Assembly: GCF_009914755.1 (NCBI RefSeq)
Contig: NC_060925.1
DNA: 64,000 bases
DNA from: the human T2T-CHM13v2.0 reference genome, Homo sapiens
Direction: 5' to 3' (one strand)
The notes beneath the pieces were generated by a model that was given only the letters and a program-made list of their open reading frames with translations, was not told the DNA's origin and made no database searches. Position numbers and translations under genes: made by a program. Numbering within the stretch: the stretch's first letter is position 1; each line of letters begins with the position of its first letter. Shown here piece by piece: positions 46,414-60,430 of this stretch.

Positions 46414-46853
46414 TATATTAGTTTCCTGTGGCTTCCGTAACAAATTATCAAAAGTTGGTGGCTTAAAACAACAGGAAGTTATTCTTTCACTGTCCTGGAG
46501 GGCAGATTCAAAGTTAAGGTGTCAGGAGGGTGGTTCTCTGTCTAGAGGCTCTAGGGAAAATTCTGTTCCTTTCCTCTTGTTTCTGGTGGTTCTTGGTCAT
46601 ATCACTCCAATGTCTGCCTCCTTCTTTGCATCACCTTCTCCTCTGTGTGTCTGTGTCTTCTTCTTTTCAATCTCTTATAAGAACACTTGTCATTGGATTT
46701 AGGACCCATCCAGATAATCCAAGATGATCTCATCTCAAAAAACTTAATTACTTAATTACTATAAAAACCTTTTATCCAAATAAGATAATATTCACAAAGT
46801 CTGGGAATTAGGAGGTGGTCTTATCTTTTGAGGCCACCATTCAACTTACTACA
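46414..46853 (-). mobile_element. MLT1C-like MaLR solo LTR
   Basis: TATTAGTTTCCTGTGGCT ... GGTGGCTTAAAACAACAG ... CATTGGATTTAGGACCCA ... ATTCAACTTACTACA. TSD CCATC/CTATC. Confidence 0.85.
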
Positions 46854-48310
46854 CTATCCATGCTACAATTAGGGGTGTTTTCTTTGAAAGATCAGCCAAT
46901 CACCGATTTGTGCTATTGTGTATTGAGTGCCTATCATAGTGCTACTGTGAATTTGTGTGTATGTGTGTTTGTGATGTGTGTACATTGTGTAAGTGTTTTG
47001 TTTTTCTTTGGTGCTTCAAAAGGAAGTTTGAGGGTACCCAAAAGCCTGTGTCTACAAACTAGATATTCAGCATATATATGAAATTATATAATCCATTCTT
47101 TTTCAGGCAAAAGTTTCCATCTAGTTCTCTGCTCTCAGGCAGAAAATTTGGATAACCTACACAGGATATTATCAAAGTAGCATAACAAATGAAAATTGCT
47201 GACAAAAGCTAAATATGCTTTCATTTATGCATTAAACACACATCTCTGGGATGACTATGATGTTCCAGGAATCATGTTAAGTATAGAAATGATTAAGATA
47301 CATATATATTGTATTCACAGATTTCATAATGTATTAAGAGGGTGTGATACAACATAAATGGCTATACATCAAAGAAGAAAATAATAAGGATCTGAGGAGA
47401 GAATACATTCAAATGGCATGGGTGTTAGGAAGAGCGATAAGAGAAAAGACAAAATAATTTAGGGGAGGCATGCACTTTGATTCCTTAGTATATAGATATG
47501 AAATGAATGAGTAAATAGATTTGGATGCATTTTTTATGCATTTGCAACTACAAGAGAGGTAGAAATCTGCGTAGTAAAAGCCAAAAATTAACTAGAAGAA
47601 GTTCTCCTATATTTGGAGGAGTAAAACTGCAAATAAATCATTTGCTATGTTTAAATTAATATATTTTAAAACTGCTGTTTGAAATTTAACATTTTAGAAT
47701 TCACATAATTCATTCTATGCACCTATTTGTTCAAAGAAAAGGAAGAAAAGAACAATGTAGGACTCTAGAAAGACTGCCAGAGGAAGGTACTGGGATTTGC
47801 TCCCATGCAGTGTCTTCCTTGAATTTCACTTTGCCTTTGAGGATGAGAACAGGGCTTGAGAAATACTTCAAAGTGCTTCTCTGGCCAGCTATGTTTTGCC
47901 AAGCTCTCACAGCTTTCTCAAAGCTTTCAAAATTATTAAATACCAACATACATCTCCTACACTTTTACTTTATCAGGAGAGAACACTGCAAGCAGCATCA
48001 CAGCCTTCAGAATTCTTTATCATGTCATTAAGCAGCTGCATTCAAACTGCAATGCTTCCACTCAAGCCATAACAAGGCAACGTTGACATTAAGATGCAAT
48101 GTTCCGCAGATGCCAGTTTTAGCAATAGCTATAATAAGTGTCAGAGAACATTATCACATGGTAACTCTTTAAAGTTGGGAATGTGACTTTTATCAATCTT
48201 TGAAACTAACTGATTTCAAATTTACATGCCACCTTAGATAGAAAAGAATGGCTGCTTCTTATCTATATTGTCAGGAATTTTAATTAGTTTTGTTCTTTTT
48301 CTTATCTTAA

Positions 48311-48450
48311 CCCATTTATGCTAGAGGTTGCAATTTTTTGAATTTTTGCATGAGTGAAAAATCAGACCTTGGCGATGAACTTCAGCAGCATGATATAAAT
48401 AACTCCCACATGCTTAGCGTTCCAATAATGGAACACTAGGAATAAGTGGG
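48311..48450 (-). mobile_element. MER85 (piggyBac PGBD3-derived MITE), 140 bp
   Basis: TTAA-CCCATTTATGC ... GAATAAGTGGG-TTTAA termini and internal palindrome GTTCCAATAATGGAAC (48419-48434). Confidence 0.92.
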
Positions 48451-49346
48451 TTTAAAAATATCTTTTCTCTATCCATAGTCAGCATCAGTTACTTATCTGC
48501 TTTTAGGTGGAAGAGCAATTACTGGAATTGTCTTGAGTCTCTATGAAGTTTAAAGGCTCTTCCTGATATTTGACAAGCCCCAGAACACTGCCAGCATGAA
48601 TAACGTTTACTGAATGTCCAGTGTGTAAAAATCAAAATCAAAACCTTACTGACTTCTAATTGCGAAGATTTAAAGAACTGAAAGGATGATTCATGTTTTA
48701 AAGGTGTTTACAGCCAAGTGGGCGTTCAGAAGTACACATAAGTGATGAATGATTACATTTGTATAGTGCTTTGCAAATTACTAAAAGGTCTTACAGACTT
48801 ATTCCTTAATCTTTACAATAATCTGGCAAGGTAGCTCTTAGAGATAAGAGAAATTGAGGTAACATATTTAGATATAAGCAATTTGAGGTAATTTTTTAAA
48901 AAAGAAAAGCTATTTATTGGTAGAGCTGTGGTAAAGTCTAAATCTTTTTTCTCTAAATTCACTGTTCTTTCTACACTATAATATGAATTAAATGCTGTAA
49001 GAACTTAAACCAGAAAGAAAAATGATTGCAAAATGAGAAAATGGTAGATACTTCACAAGGATGAGTGGCTTAGCTTGATTGCTAAGGATAAGAGGACTGA
49101 CATCACCCGAATATCTGGCAGGGGTAAAGACATAAGCCATTCTGTGTCATTGAGGAAGGGGATGTGCTGGGCCTTCTCAGGCCCACTGTGTAGCATACCA
49201 CCCTCAGCACTCTTAACATGGAATGGCCTCCTGGTCACCAAACTCCCAGGTTTTCAACTTTCTGAATGCATTTTTCCAAGTTGGTTAAAATTTGAAAAAC
49301 CAAGAGTCACATGCAACTTAGGGAGGAAAGAAGAGCCCTGGATTGC

Positions 49347-49350
<4 letters not shown>

Positions 49351-49383
<33 letters not shown>
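49351..49383. repeat. (ATT)n microsatellite
   Basis: 11 ATT units. Confidence 0.97.
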
Positions 49384-50407
49384 TATTTTAGATTTTTTCA
49401 GCACAATTACTTCTTTTTAGAAACCTACTCCTCATAATAAAGGGCATTTTAAATTGAGGAGATAAATATATACTCACTCACAGCCTTTAGAGCCATAATG
49501 TGCTAATACCTTCTACAAGAGTTAATGTCTTCAGGAGATTTCTACCTAAGGTTATGTATTCTTGTTCTCACTATTTAAGAGTGTTCACACATCCCCTTTA
49601 CCGGAAATAAAGTGAAGGTATATGTGTATTTTTTATCACTCTGTGAGGAATATCTCATTTGATTTTTTTATTTATATCCTATTAGAAAGCAACCAATTAA
49701 TTCTCCAATGCAGGTATTTCATTTCCATTATTTATTTCTTTACTGAAAAAACACTATATGTCAGGTTTATGCTAGAGGATTTTTTCCACAAGTATTATTT
49801 AATTTCATCTTTATTAAAAATCTCACATTGCTAAAGAAGAGAAATGTGAAGCTCAGTCAATTAATTTCTTCCCCCAGATCACTCAGTGAACTAAATGGCA
49901 GAGCTGATATTTGAACCCAAGTCTCCACTTCACAGTCCCTTACTCATTCCACATTCCACAAGAGCTCTCTAACCAAACTTCAAGTGCCTGAGTTTAGGGC
50001 CACTTCAACTCATCATCTGCTGGAGACCAGCCACTGAAATTAATGTTTGCATTTGTTTTCTTGACTATACAGGGTATGTGGGTAATCTTTATAAGATTCT
50101 TGTTTCCATTACCATGGAGTTAAATAGAACAGCTATACATAAATCAAGACAAAAAAAAACCCACTAAATTCTTTAGGAACAAAATGTTCTTCAGCAGGGA
50201 TAAAGCACAGAATACAAAGTATCCACAATGTGCTGGATAGCTCGTAGACATCTTTAGAATACTAATCATGTGTCACTTCCATGATGCATACAAAGTCTCA
50301 GCAGCTATTGGTAAACTTGGATAAAATCACTGGGTAACTTTCGGCTTTGTCTCAGTTGGTGGATTCATGAGTAACCTGATCACATAAAGACATCATCATG
50401 AAATATG

Positions 50408-50523
50408 CATAGGGTTGAACTGTTTAGTCACACATCACATTTTCTATTAACACATTCTCATTAGATTTTCTAAACACTCTCAGGGTAATTCATCCTTTCA
50501 CGCTTCAGCTTATCTCCTCCTTC
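50408..50523. repeat. Probable source of a 116-bp direct duplication (copy at 51068-51183)
   Basis: 104/116 identical, ungapped, offset 660 bp. Confidence 0.95.
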
Positions 50524-51067
50524 AGATGCCAAAGGTCGCTTCCACCACCACTTCCCCTCCCAGCCCTCCCACAGGTACACACCTCACCTCTCCCCTTCAT
50601 GTGGCCCTCTTTCTTTTGTCTCTCCATGTTCCAGACTTTTCCTTAATCATCATTTTTTTGTGCCCTTTGTTGCACATACTTTCTGTAGCTTATAGACTGC
50701 GCTCTTCTAACACTCATTCTCCTTACTTCCACTAAAAACAATATTCAAAGCAGATGTTCCCAAATTAATTCAACAAATTAGAAATCTAGGCCATACTTTC
50801 TAATTTAACTTGATTTAAATCATTCTGTATGACCCTGTCAAAGCATATGTGGAGGAAAGTAAATGAATTTAGAAACCAGAACAATGTGGATTCTAATCAT
50901 AATTCTGACACTTTATCAAATGTGTGACCTTATACCTCAGTTGTAAAGATGAAGTATTAATATTACCATATAAGGTTACTGTGGAGACTAAATGAGATGA
51001 GGCATTCAAAATATCTCGCTGTGTTACCATACCGCAGTTGCTTAACCTTTCTTTGATTACATTTCTT

Positions 51068-51183
51068 CATATGGTTTAACTGTTTAGTCACACATCACAT
51101 ATTCTCCTTACACATTCTCATAAGATTTTCTAAGCACTATCAGAGTTATTCATCCTTTCATGCTTCAGCTTATCTCCTCCTTC
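51068..51183. repeat. Inserted copy of 50408-50523 within a MIR
   Basis: Flanked by TTCTTCATATG at 51063-51073 and 51181-51191. Confidence 0.93.
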
Positions 51184-51820
51184 TTCATATGTAAAATTGC
51201 ATAATAATTATATATCTCATTGGGTTGTGTGAATATTAAACTGGTTAACATATGTTGCTTACAACTATGCCCCGCACAGAGTAATACTTATCATTATAAT
51301 TACTTAATACCTAACATCATGTCTACCATTGAAAGGAGAGCTCCTGTAGTTCTACAAATGAGATATTAGAAAACAAAGTCTTAGATTATTGATTTGTCAA
51401 GTGGAGATAAGTGCACACTATCGAATTGAGTAATATCTAAAAAGCATAATGGACACATTAGAAAAGAAAATAGAATTGTTAGGACATGGTGACATTTTAT
51501 GAAGGAGCTGAGAAAGAGGGAGGAATCAAGAACAGCCCCCAGTTTTTATCTGGGTAACTAAATTCATGGTGATGTCCTTCACTAAGAGAAAAGAAACAAG
51601 CTTTGGTTGAAAAGAAGGAGGGCTCAAAGGCATTATGTGGTATGATATAAAGCCTAAAAGATTCCATTGGATTTAACCACACAATAGTTTACGTTGAAAA
51701 GGTTTATTGGAGTAGTAAAGACAAAATGAGACTGTAGTGGATTGAAGAGGGGATGGTCAGTGAAGATGTAGAAGCAGAAAACCCTTTAAGAATATTGATT
51801 ATAAAGAAGAGAGAAATAGA

Positions 51821-52121
51821 GGCTGGACACAGAGGCTTGCACCTGTTATCCCAGCACTTTGGGAGGCCAAGGTGGGTGGACCACTTGAGGTCAGGAGTTT
51901 GAGACCAGCCTGGCCAGCATGATGAAACCCCATCTCTAATAAAAATATAAAAATTAACCAGGCATGGTGGCAGGCACCTGAAATTCCCACTTCTTGAGAG
52001 GCTGAGGCAAGAGAATCCCTTGAACCCAGGAGGCGGAGGCTGCAATGAGTTGAGAGATCTTGCCACTGCACTCCAGCCTGGGTGACAGAGTGAGTCCATC
52101 TCAAAAAAAAAAAAAAAAAAA
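51821..52121 (+). mobile_element. Full-length AluS
   Basis: Dimeric Alu with A tail; degenerate TSD AGAGAGAAATAG/AGAGAGACATAG. Confidence 0.93.
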
Positions 52122-55100
52122 GAGAGAGACATAGTATGTTTCTCAGAAGGTTGCTTTGAAGAGTCAAGATGTAATATCAGTAACTATATTGATTATTCAC
52201 AACCATAATGTTTCTTGAGCTGCTATAATTTGCTCAGATTGTAGGGGACAAATGATACAAAGTGGCTTAAGAATAGTTTTAATCCACCTGGAGAAATATG
52301 AGATCTGTGCAAAGAGAAAAAAAGTAGTAAGAAGAGAGAACATATACTAAGTACCAAATGTATGGAACTGAAAATAGTTATAACCATTTAGTCTCAATTG
52401 GTGCAGGCTAGAATATTTGGGTAAAGATTCAAACAGCAGGCAAGACAAGCTTGTTTTAAAATAAGGACGAGGAACATGTTGGTCAGGAAGGGCATAAGGC
52501 AGAAGTCATTGGTGTGAGTAGAGCTTCAGGCAGAAGGGCCTGGCTTAGGCATGGCAGTCAATGATTAGAGGGATAAAGTGAAGAGTGTTTATTCAGCTCA
52601 TTTCCTCATCTTTACTGGAAAGGTGAGTTTATTGGAAAGCTGTGTCCTGCACAATATCCAGCAATGTAGTAAAAGCCAAATAAATATTTCATAAATATTT
52701 ATTGAGTAAATGTTGAATATATAGAAAACCTGTAGATAAGAATTTTCCTGGAGTAACACTAAAAGGGAAAAATTAAGGTTTTAAGTCTCAGCAAGTTTAT
52801 TTTGAGTCACAAATTGGATATTTATACAAAATATGAAATAACAATTTGGTCTGATAACTAACGAATTCAATTCTAGGGAAAGTTACTGCTAAATATAACC
52901 ACCACATAAAATTCTCCCATTCTTCTCATTCTTTCTTGCCCTTTACTCCTCCAGTGTCAGGAATACATTTTAATTCAGTATGAGTTTGTTGGTTACCAAT
53001 AACTCCCCTGGCATGGTTCTTGCTTCGGTGGAGCTTCTAACCTTACTGGAAACAAATACTATGAAAGCCGGGATGAGAAGAAATAATCGAGCAGCGTCCT
53101 GAAATATGGGGATATTTATTTAGAGAAAAAGTTGTAAGTAAATTCAAACTTGGAGGAGACACCATGAACAAAGGGAGGGAGAGAAGCAAGAAGGAGCTAG
53201 AGGGTATTCTGGGGACAGTCACACAGCATTGACGAAGGGTTAGAGCTAAAATAGCCCTAAACCATCGTGGTTGATAACTTCCATTCCTGTGACTAATACT
53301 TCTAGCTCACAGGGATAGACTGTCTGGTGTCTTGAAAAAAATAAACAGCTTCTCAGCAACTGAAGAGACGCTGAAAGGTTCAGTGAATTTAAAAAAAATA
53401 GTTATGTTCATTTCTTGTGAATTTTCAAAGTGTCCTTGATGGAAGGCATATGGGACTAAGTACATTTTTAACCTGCCCTTTTGCAGAGACATGGGCATTT
53501 AGTTTCCCTGTGTTCGCTAAGGGGAGATGGAGATACCATAGTAAAAGCTATAGTTTCAGATTAGTCCAGTAGGTAAAAGCAGTTTCCTTTCCTGAGTTAC
53601 CAACAAATCCCCACTTTGCAAGGAGCTGCAAACAAATTCCCCTGAAGTCATACTTTTAAAAACACTCATTTGTGGCTCCTTCTGAGAGGTTAAAAGAAAA
53701 CACTCCTTAGAGGTCAAGCTCTGCAGGAGCAAAGCCTCTGCTCGTCAGAGATAGAGCTGCTTTGCCTGCTCTGTTGGGGTTGCCCAAGTCTGAGGCTTCT
53801 CTTCTTAATACAGAAAACCTTGTTCGTTGATAAAGCCCAGCTCTCCTCACAGCTGTTATTTTTAAGCTCAGCCCTCGTCTGCTTGACACATGTACACCTA
53901 CGCCAGGGTCTTCTAACAGGAAACTTGGCACACAAAATGTCAATGGCATCTCTTTTTTTCTATCTTACTCGTCTTTCGTATAGTTCTTCCTTTATTCTCT
54001 CCTCTCCCTGGCCTTGTTTTGTTTCCCTCACCTCCCCATTAGTGTCTAGGATTTAATTTTAACATGCAGAGATGGACAGTATTAACAGACCTTTTATGTC
54101 TGGATGTTGAATAGGTGCTCAGAAGGTCCCTGGCACATTGCCAGATAGTTATTCTTGGATCTGGTTTCTTAAATGTAAGTGAGAAGAATCCGGTGACACT
54201 TCTGTGCAAATAGATGCCCTGTAGTTAGTGCCTTTAGCATCTGTATCTCCACATTTCACATAGGCTGTAGACATGCTTAGATCCTCAGTTCAGGGAAAAA
54301 AGAGTAAGTAATATAGGAAAAAGAATAGTTGTTAGTCAAATGATTCATTAGGTGGCCTTGGGAGGAAAAACAGCTCTTCCTTTATAGAATAAGGGATCAT
54401 TTAATGATCTTTTCCTTTCAATTCTAAAATATTGCTTGCTATATCTCCTTTTTTCTGTCTGCTACATTTCTGCTATGTAGATTTTCATATTGTTTTCCTG
54501 CCTGTCCTTTGTTCTGGAAGACTTGTGTTTGCTCATCACATGTAAATGTCCAGTGCATTTCAGGGCTTTATGTACAGAGTAGGGATTGCATAAGACTTTA
54601 TAATTTTTAGTATATTCAAAACTGAATATTCAGAAAGGTGGCTAGGAAGCAGTATTTATGTAATAGTTAAAGAGCAAAAGTTGGAAACTTTTTTTTTTTT
54701 TTGGCTTGATGACTTTATTTTAGTAATCAGACTAGCTAATTATTACCTTTTCATACTTAAATGTAACATATCTTTTGCCATCTTCTTTATTCTCTAAGGT
54801 TTTGACTATATGCTTTATGGGAAAAAAATCTCCCACATTGTTCACCTGTGACCACCAAATCCAAGTTTCACAACCAATTGTTGGAAGTCAAAAACCTCTG
54901 TTCATCCACGGTACCAATGCACTAGAGAAATGTTAGTCCTTATGAAGAAAAATTGCCAATTTTGTTCCAATATCCTTCCTCCCTTTCTCAATTTTAAATT
55001 TAAAAAAACAAATTATATATAATGAATACATAGCTGTCATCTCCTGTGTTGTTACCTTGATCGTCACTTCAGCATTCAAAAATGTTACATTTTGCAGTTT

Positions 55101-56037
55101 GCATACCTAAGATTCTTCATAAGATTATACCATGTTAAGATGAATAAGAAATGACTGTAACCATACATAGAAATGAAAATTATACTTGCTTGTTCATTCT
55201 AGAGCACTTGCTCATAGAAACCTCAGAATCAATAGCATGCATGTATGTGGTTAGATTTATTTAGTCATTATCACTCTTCCACTTGCTTTTTATGGTGCTG
55301 AGCAAATAGTAAGTGAAGAGTATGAGGTTTTTTTTTTTTCACGTTACCCTCAATAAATGGGTTTAACCACAATACAAATCTTATAATCCACCTCTTCAAT
55401 CCCACTGGCAGTGGGACAAATCCACTAGCTTTAGAGGTAAGCCTTCAAATATACTTCTACTGACAGGTTGAAGTTTGTTTTAGGAAAAATCAAGGTTCTA
55501 CAATCCTTTGCATTTATTGGAGTTTTCAGTTTCCATGGTTTCCAAGAGTTCACTGAAATTAGGCTTTCCATGTTTAGAAGTCATGATAGGGGCTTTGGTA
55601 AATTCCTTTTCTCTAACCTAGATTATGTTTAAGATCTGTGTATTGCTATTCCTGGATGAGTATTGGGAGCTATTGAATGGTCAACACAGCTCTTCACCTG
55701 CATACCTCCTCTACAGAACCAAGGGTATATACGAGGAATTTCAAGGCAATCTATATGAAGTCAAACTAGGGTTGTTTTCTGGGATCATAAAATAATAACA
55801 TTACAATTTGTATTTGTAGTGAAGAACTGCCTTCAAAGGGATTAATGGGGAAGTCTACATTTGAGGTTCTCTGGCCTTTGGTAAGGAGGGGAGTGCCCTG
55901 ATAAAATAACGTCTAAAAAACAGACTTCCATAGGCTTCATTTATCTTGAAGAAAATTCTTCTGGACATGGTAGGAGTCTGAAGTAGTTTATGTTAGGCCC
56001 CAAGGTACACGGAGGTGTCAAGAATGTAGGATGAAGT

Positions 56038-56336
56038 GGCCTGAAGCAGGGGCTCATGCCTGTAATCCCAGTGCTCTGAGAGGCCAAGGAGAGAGGATTG
56101 CATGAGGGCAGGAGTTCAAGACCAGCCTGGGTAACGTATTGAGATCTCATTTCTGCAAAATGTTCAAAAATTAGCCAAACATGGTGGTGTGTGCCTGTAG
56201 TCCTTGCTACTCAGGAGGCTGAGGTGGGAGGATTGCTTGAGCCCAGGAGTTCGAGGTTACAGTGAGCTATGATCACACCACTGCACTCCAGCACTCCAGC
56301 CTGGGCAACAGAGTGAGACCCTGTCTCTGTAAAAAC
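56038..56336 (+). mobile_element. AluJ
   Basis: AluJ diagnostics GGAGGATTGCTTGAGCCCAGGAGTTCGAGG..CAGTGAGCTATGATC; degenerate TSD AGAATGTAGGATGA/AGAATGTCGGGTGA. Confidence 0.92.
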
Positions 56337-59300
56337 AGAATGTCGGGTGAGGCTTTATTTGGCCATGAACTTAAAGTATGCGATATCTCATGTTACTGTA
56401 CAATTGTTATTATGTTTCTATCTGCAGCCCAAATTGTGAAACAGCCTCAGGTAGTTCCTGACAGTCCAGTTACCACATAATATACATGAATAAGGAGCTA
56501 ATCTCCCTGAGCCCAAACGTACTGTCTCTGTTATCCTGGGGCTCAAAACCAGGACCTCCAGCAGTTATCCTCAAGAAGATAATGACTTTATGATCAACAA
56601 TTGTTACCTAGCTATGTAAGAAGCAGAGATTAGATAAGTAGGTAGGTAGATAGATAGAATCAAATAAGAAAAAGACCAAAATAGGAAGCATATGAGACTA
56701 TATTTGCAACTACAAGGAACTGATCTAGATGACTTGGAAGAGTTTTTTAGGAAAGGGTACAAAGATCCAAAGTAAGTGGATGTGAATTGCACCTCAAGGG
56801 TCTAATCAGCTCCTTGAAACAAATTGGAATCAGTTCAGTGTATGGGAGTCTTATGTTCAGGTATCCCATTGAGTTTGGCAGTGGCAGCTGCCAAAAGTTC
56901 ATGAGGGGTTTTCAAGGAAGACTCAAGAGAAGAGAAAAATGTAGTTGCCTATGCTGAAGGTCACCAAGGTAAGACTCCCCAGAAAGGTCTGTGGCAGGAA
57001 GAGAGTTCTGAGCCATCACATAGCTCTAAGGGCAAAATATGGCAGCCAGCAGATCGGAAGACCAGGACTCCTTAGCATCAGGTTTGAATGATTGCCTGTC
57101 AGGCAGATGTGTTTGTAAACTAATGACTTTCACAGTGTGATGAGATTGAAAATGAAGCCTAATTGCTTCCACTGATTTAACCCTTGGAATGCTTCCAGGC
57201 ATGCTCACAGCCATGTGTCTTTAATCATGTGAGTTAATCACCTTCAGGGATACATCAGAAAACAGTGGCTTATAGGAAGCCTGGGAAGCATTGCAGTTGT
57301 GTTATTAAGCCTGCACTTCTGGGGGCTGTCATCTCTTCAAATAAGGACGCTGAGAGGTTGGCCGTGGTGCCCTTACACTAGTTTTTGTTAGTAACAACTG
57401 ACATAGGCAATTACAGAAAAAATGAATTAATATTTATGAATTTTTAAGTGACTTTAAAGAACTCCTAATGGTAGTGGAGTGAAAGTAGCAAGTCACCTTG
57501 ATCCTTCTAAGGCCACCATGAACTTCAGTCCAGCTCTGGAAGAAAATCAGAATTGGAAAGTGGTCTAATAATCAGGCCAGTCTGATTAATAGTGACAATT
57601 AGTATTGGACTACAGTGCATAAACAACTGATTATGAATCATTCGAGCACTTTAGGTAAATTTTCAATACAGGCAATTAAAATGAAAAGACTCATGATCCT
57701 TACATAATGACTTCATTAAATTAATTCAATTCTGAGGTTGGGGAAAATTTTCTTTTGTAGAAAGGAACCAGCAGAATTTAACTTCCATTCACTTTTGGTT
57801 AAAAGAAATCTGGAGAAAACATAAGATTTAAACACAACACACACACATATGCACACACCACTTTGCAAACAGCTTATTCATGTCTGAATGTGAACCGTGT
57901 TACTGAGGAAGAAAGAACTGAAGGTCAGAGCATGGATTCTATTCACATCGCTTATTCAGATGAAGTAAATCTTGCCCGCAGTTATATTTTGTATTCCACT
58001 AAGTGCATGCATTGTTAAGGTTAAAAGAACATTATTGTGGAGTAATCTGTGAAAGACAGACACTTCAAAGAGATAAATACTCACTTCTGTTACATAAACA
58101 ATTAACTCAAGTCATTTGCTTCATGGTAAAAGACAAAGCTAGAGCCAAATCCAAATACTGTGGTATCAGTGCAGTCAGGGGAACAAAGATTCCTTTAAGT
58201 GAAACACCGTCATTCAATCAAAGCAGAAATAGTTTTGGAGAAATAGACAATAAGAGTGGAAGGAGAAGAGACTCTCTAGGACTAAGAGTGACTTGAAATA
58301 TTCCACAGTAAAGTCTGTCTCTATTGTGAGTTTTGAGTCAGAAAGTCACTTTGCTTCCAAGATTCATTACTTAATACCTAATGTATACAGCTTTATTGTT
58401 TACAAAAGTGCATTTGCACTTAAGTTGTACAGACATGCTGTAAGCTAGGTATTATGTGTATTAATAATAGCTAATACTTATTTAGCAGTTCAGAATTTGC
58501 CAAATTCCATCTATCTTTTTTTCATTTTCTTCATTCCTCTTACAATTTTTGAAGATGAGAAAAAGAGTCTCAAAAAGTTAAAGTATTATAATTTGGCCAA
58601 AATCACAGGACTAGTAACAGCAAAAACTAGGTATTAAGCAGTCTTCTGACTATAGGTCCTCTTTCTATGTAGTACCTCCTGTTCCTCATATTTCTTAAGA
58701 CTATTTTTTTCTACTTGGTTAATGATCTTTTTTATAATAAATTCTTACATTCACTATATTATTTTCTAGGTATCTCAGAATGAAAACCACTTTAAATTTT
58801 AGATTATGTACCTTGATCTTTCTTTCAGTTTGCATTTCATTCCCAATCAGACCACACTGTCTTTCTGAAGGCATACACTGCAATTTCTAGCACAGAACTT
58901 AGCCTTCGCAGCAGAGATAGTAAACTAAGTCAGTAATTGGTTGAGCTAGAACCTCAGCCCAAGTCCTAACATCTGGGGCAAGGAGCTGAGGAGACTAAGG
59001 AGCAAGAGATGAAAAGAGATACATTACAGTAAAATGTAGAGATTTGTTCAGATCTCCAGATTAGTAAATGCGCTTCTAGCATATCATATCTCCTATAAAG
59101 CAGCGTGATCAAAAGGAGCAATAAAGCCTTCTGAGCTGCTGACACTGCAAGGTTGGCTGGGCACGCTCTTGAACTAAGTAACTTGCTTCTGAACTTAAGC
59201 CTCACTTGACGCAACAAAATTGCAAGTTAGCAAACAGCATGGAGTATAGAAATCACACTTATTTAGATGAAATCAAAATGTTAAATGCAGAAATGCTAAA

Positions 59301-60239
59301 AATTACTCTAAGCATAAAGGACTAGTTGACTTTTATCTACTTAAATTCCTTTAATGGTCTTTACCAAACTTGCTGTTATCTAAAAAGCATTCCTCAGTGA
59401 CTCTTCACCCTTGAAGATGCTTCTGGAGAGTTTAAGATGCAAGTCTGTGTATGTGTGTGTGTGTGTGTGCACACATGCATATGCACAGCTTATGTGTACA
59501 TGTTTGTATATTATAGTATAAGTATAGTATAAGTTAACCATTTTCCTTGACCTCAAAGGTAAGGGCTAAGGCGCTAGCTCAACTGCAGGTTTGCTTATCT
59601 GTCAAATCAAATCAAATTTTGCTGATTTGCCAGATTCAAATCAGAAGGATCTGACTCATGGGGCTGTTTCCACGAATGTTACAATGCTCATGAATATGCT
59701 CTGCAATATCATATATAACAGAAGACTGCCTTTCTCTCAAGATTTTATAGAAGAGCAAATGGATGTAAATAAACCTCTTGGGTGGTCTTTTGAAGGAAAA
59801 GAAGTCTGAGAATTCCCATCACCCTTCTATTTCTCTCTTCTGATCCTGATGATTGTCTCCCTGGTGTTGACACTCTTCATGTGCCTGGCTTACTTCCCAG
59901 GTCAAATTGCACTTTCCTTGTTTGCAGTGATTATGCTTCCTTAACCTACATTTCTTTAAAGAGCCTATGACATAGCATCCAATCTCTTGAAGGGAGGAAA
60001 GTTAGTCTTTGCCTGCTTTACCTTGGTGGAACAGAGGTATATTGGGTTTATTTCTAATTAGCTTATTGATTTCAGTCTCATTACCTTACAGTAACATATT
60101 GAAAACAGGTATTTTGGGCACTAGCTGGTAGGCCTGACTTCACCTAAACAAGATTTCTGGAATTTCTTTCCAGACATCTAATTATAGCAGTCCTACATCG
60201 TCCTTTGGGTATGGTTGGTGTGAGAGTCAGCTTCTCCTA

Positions 60240-60430
60240 AAACAGGAAAGTTTTGGAGACTGAATCCTGGCTCTACCTCTTCCCAGCTATGATACAGGAC
60301 ACTGATTTCACCTCTTTAGCCTCAATTATCCATCTGTAAAATAGGTATGCTAATACCATCTCCATAGTGGCTCCATGAGGAATGGAAAAATGTTGAAAAC
60401 ACCAGTGCCTGCTCACAGGAGACCCTCACT
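60240..60430 (+). mobile_element. MIR SINE
   Basis: TGAATCCTGGCTCTACC ... GCCTCAATTATCCATCTGTAAAATAGG. Confidence 0.75.
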
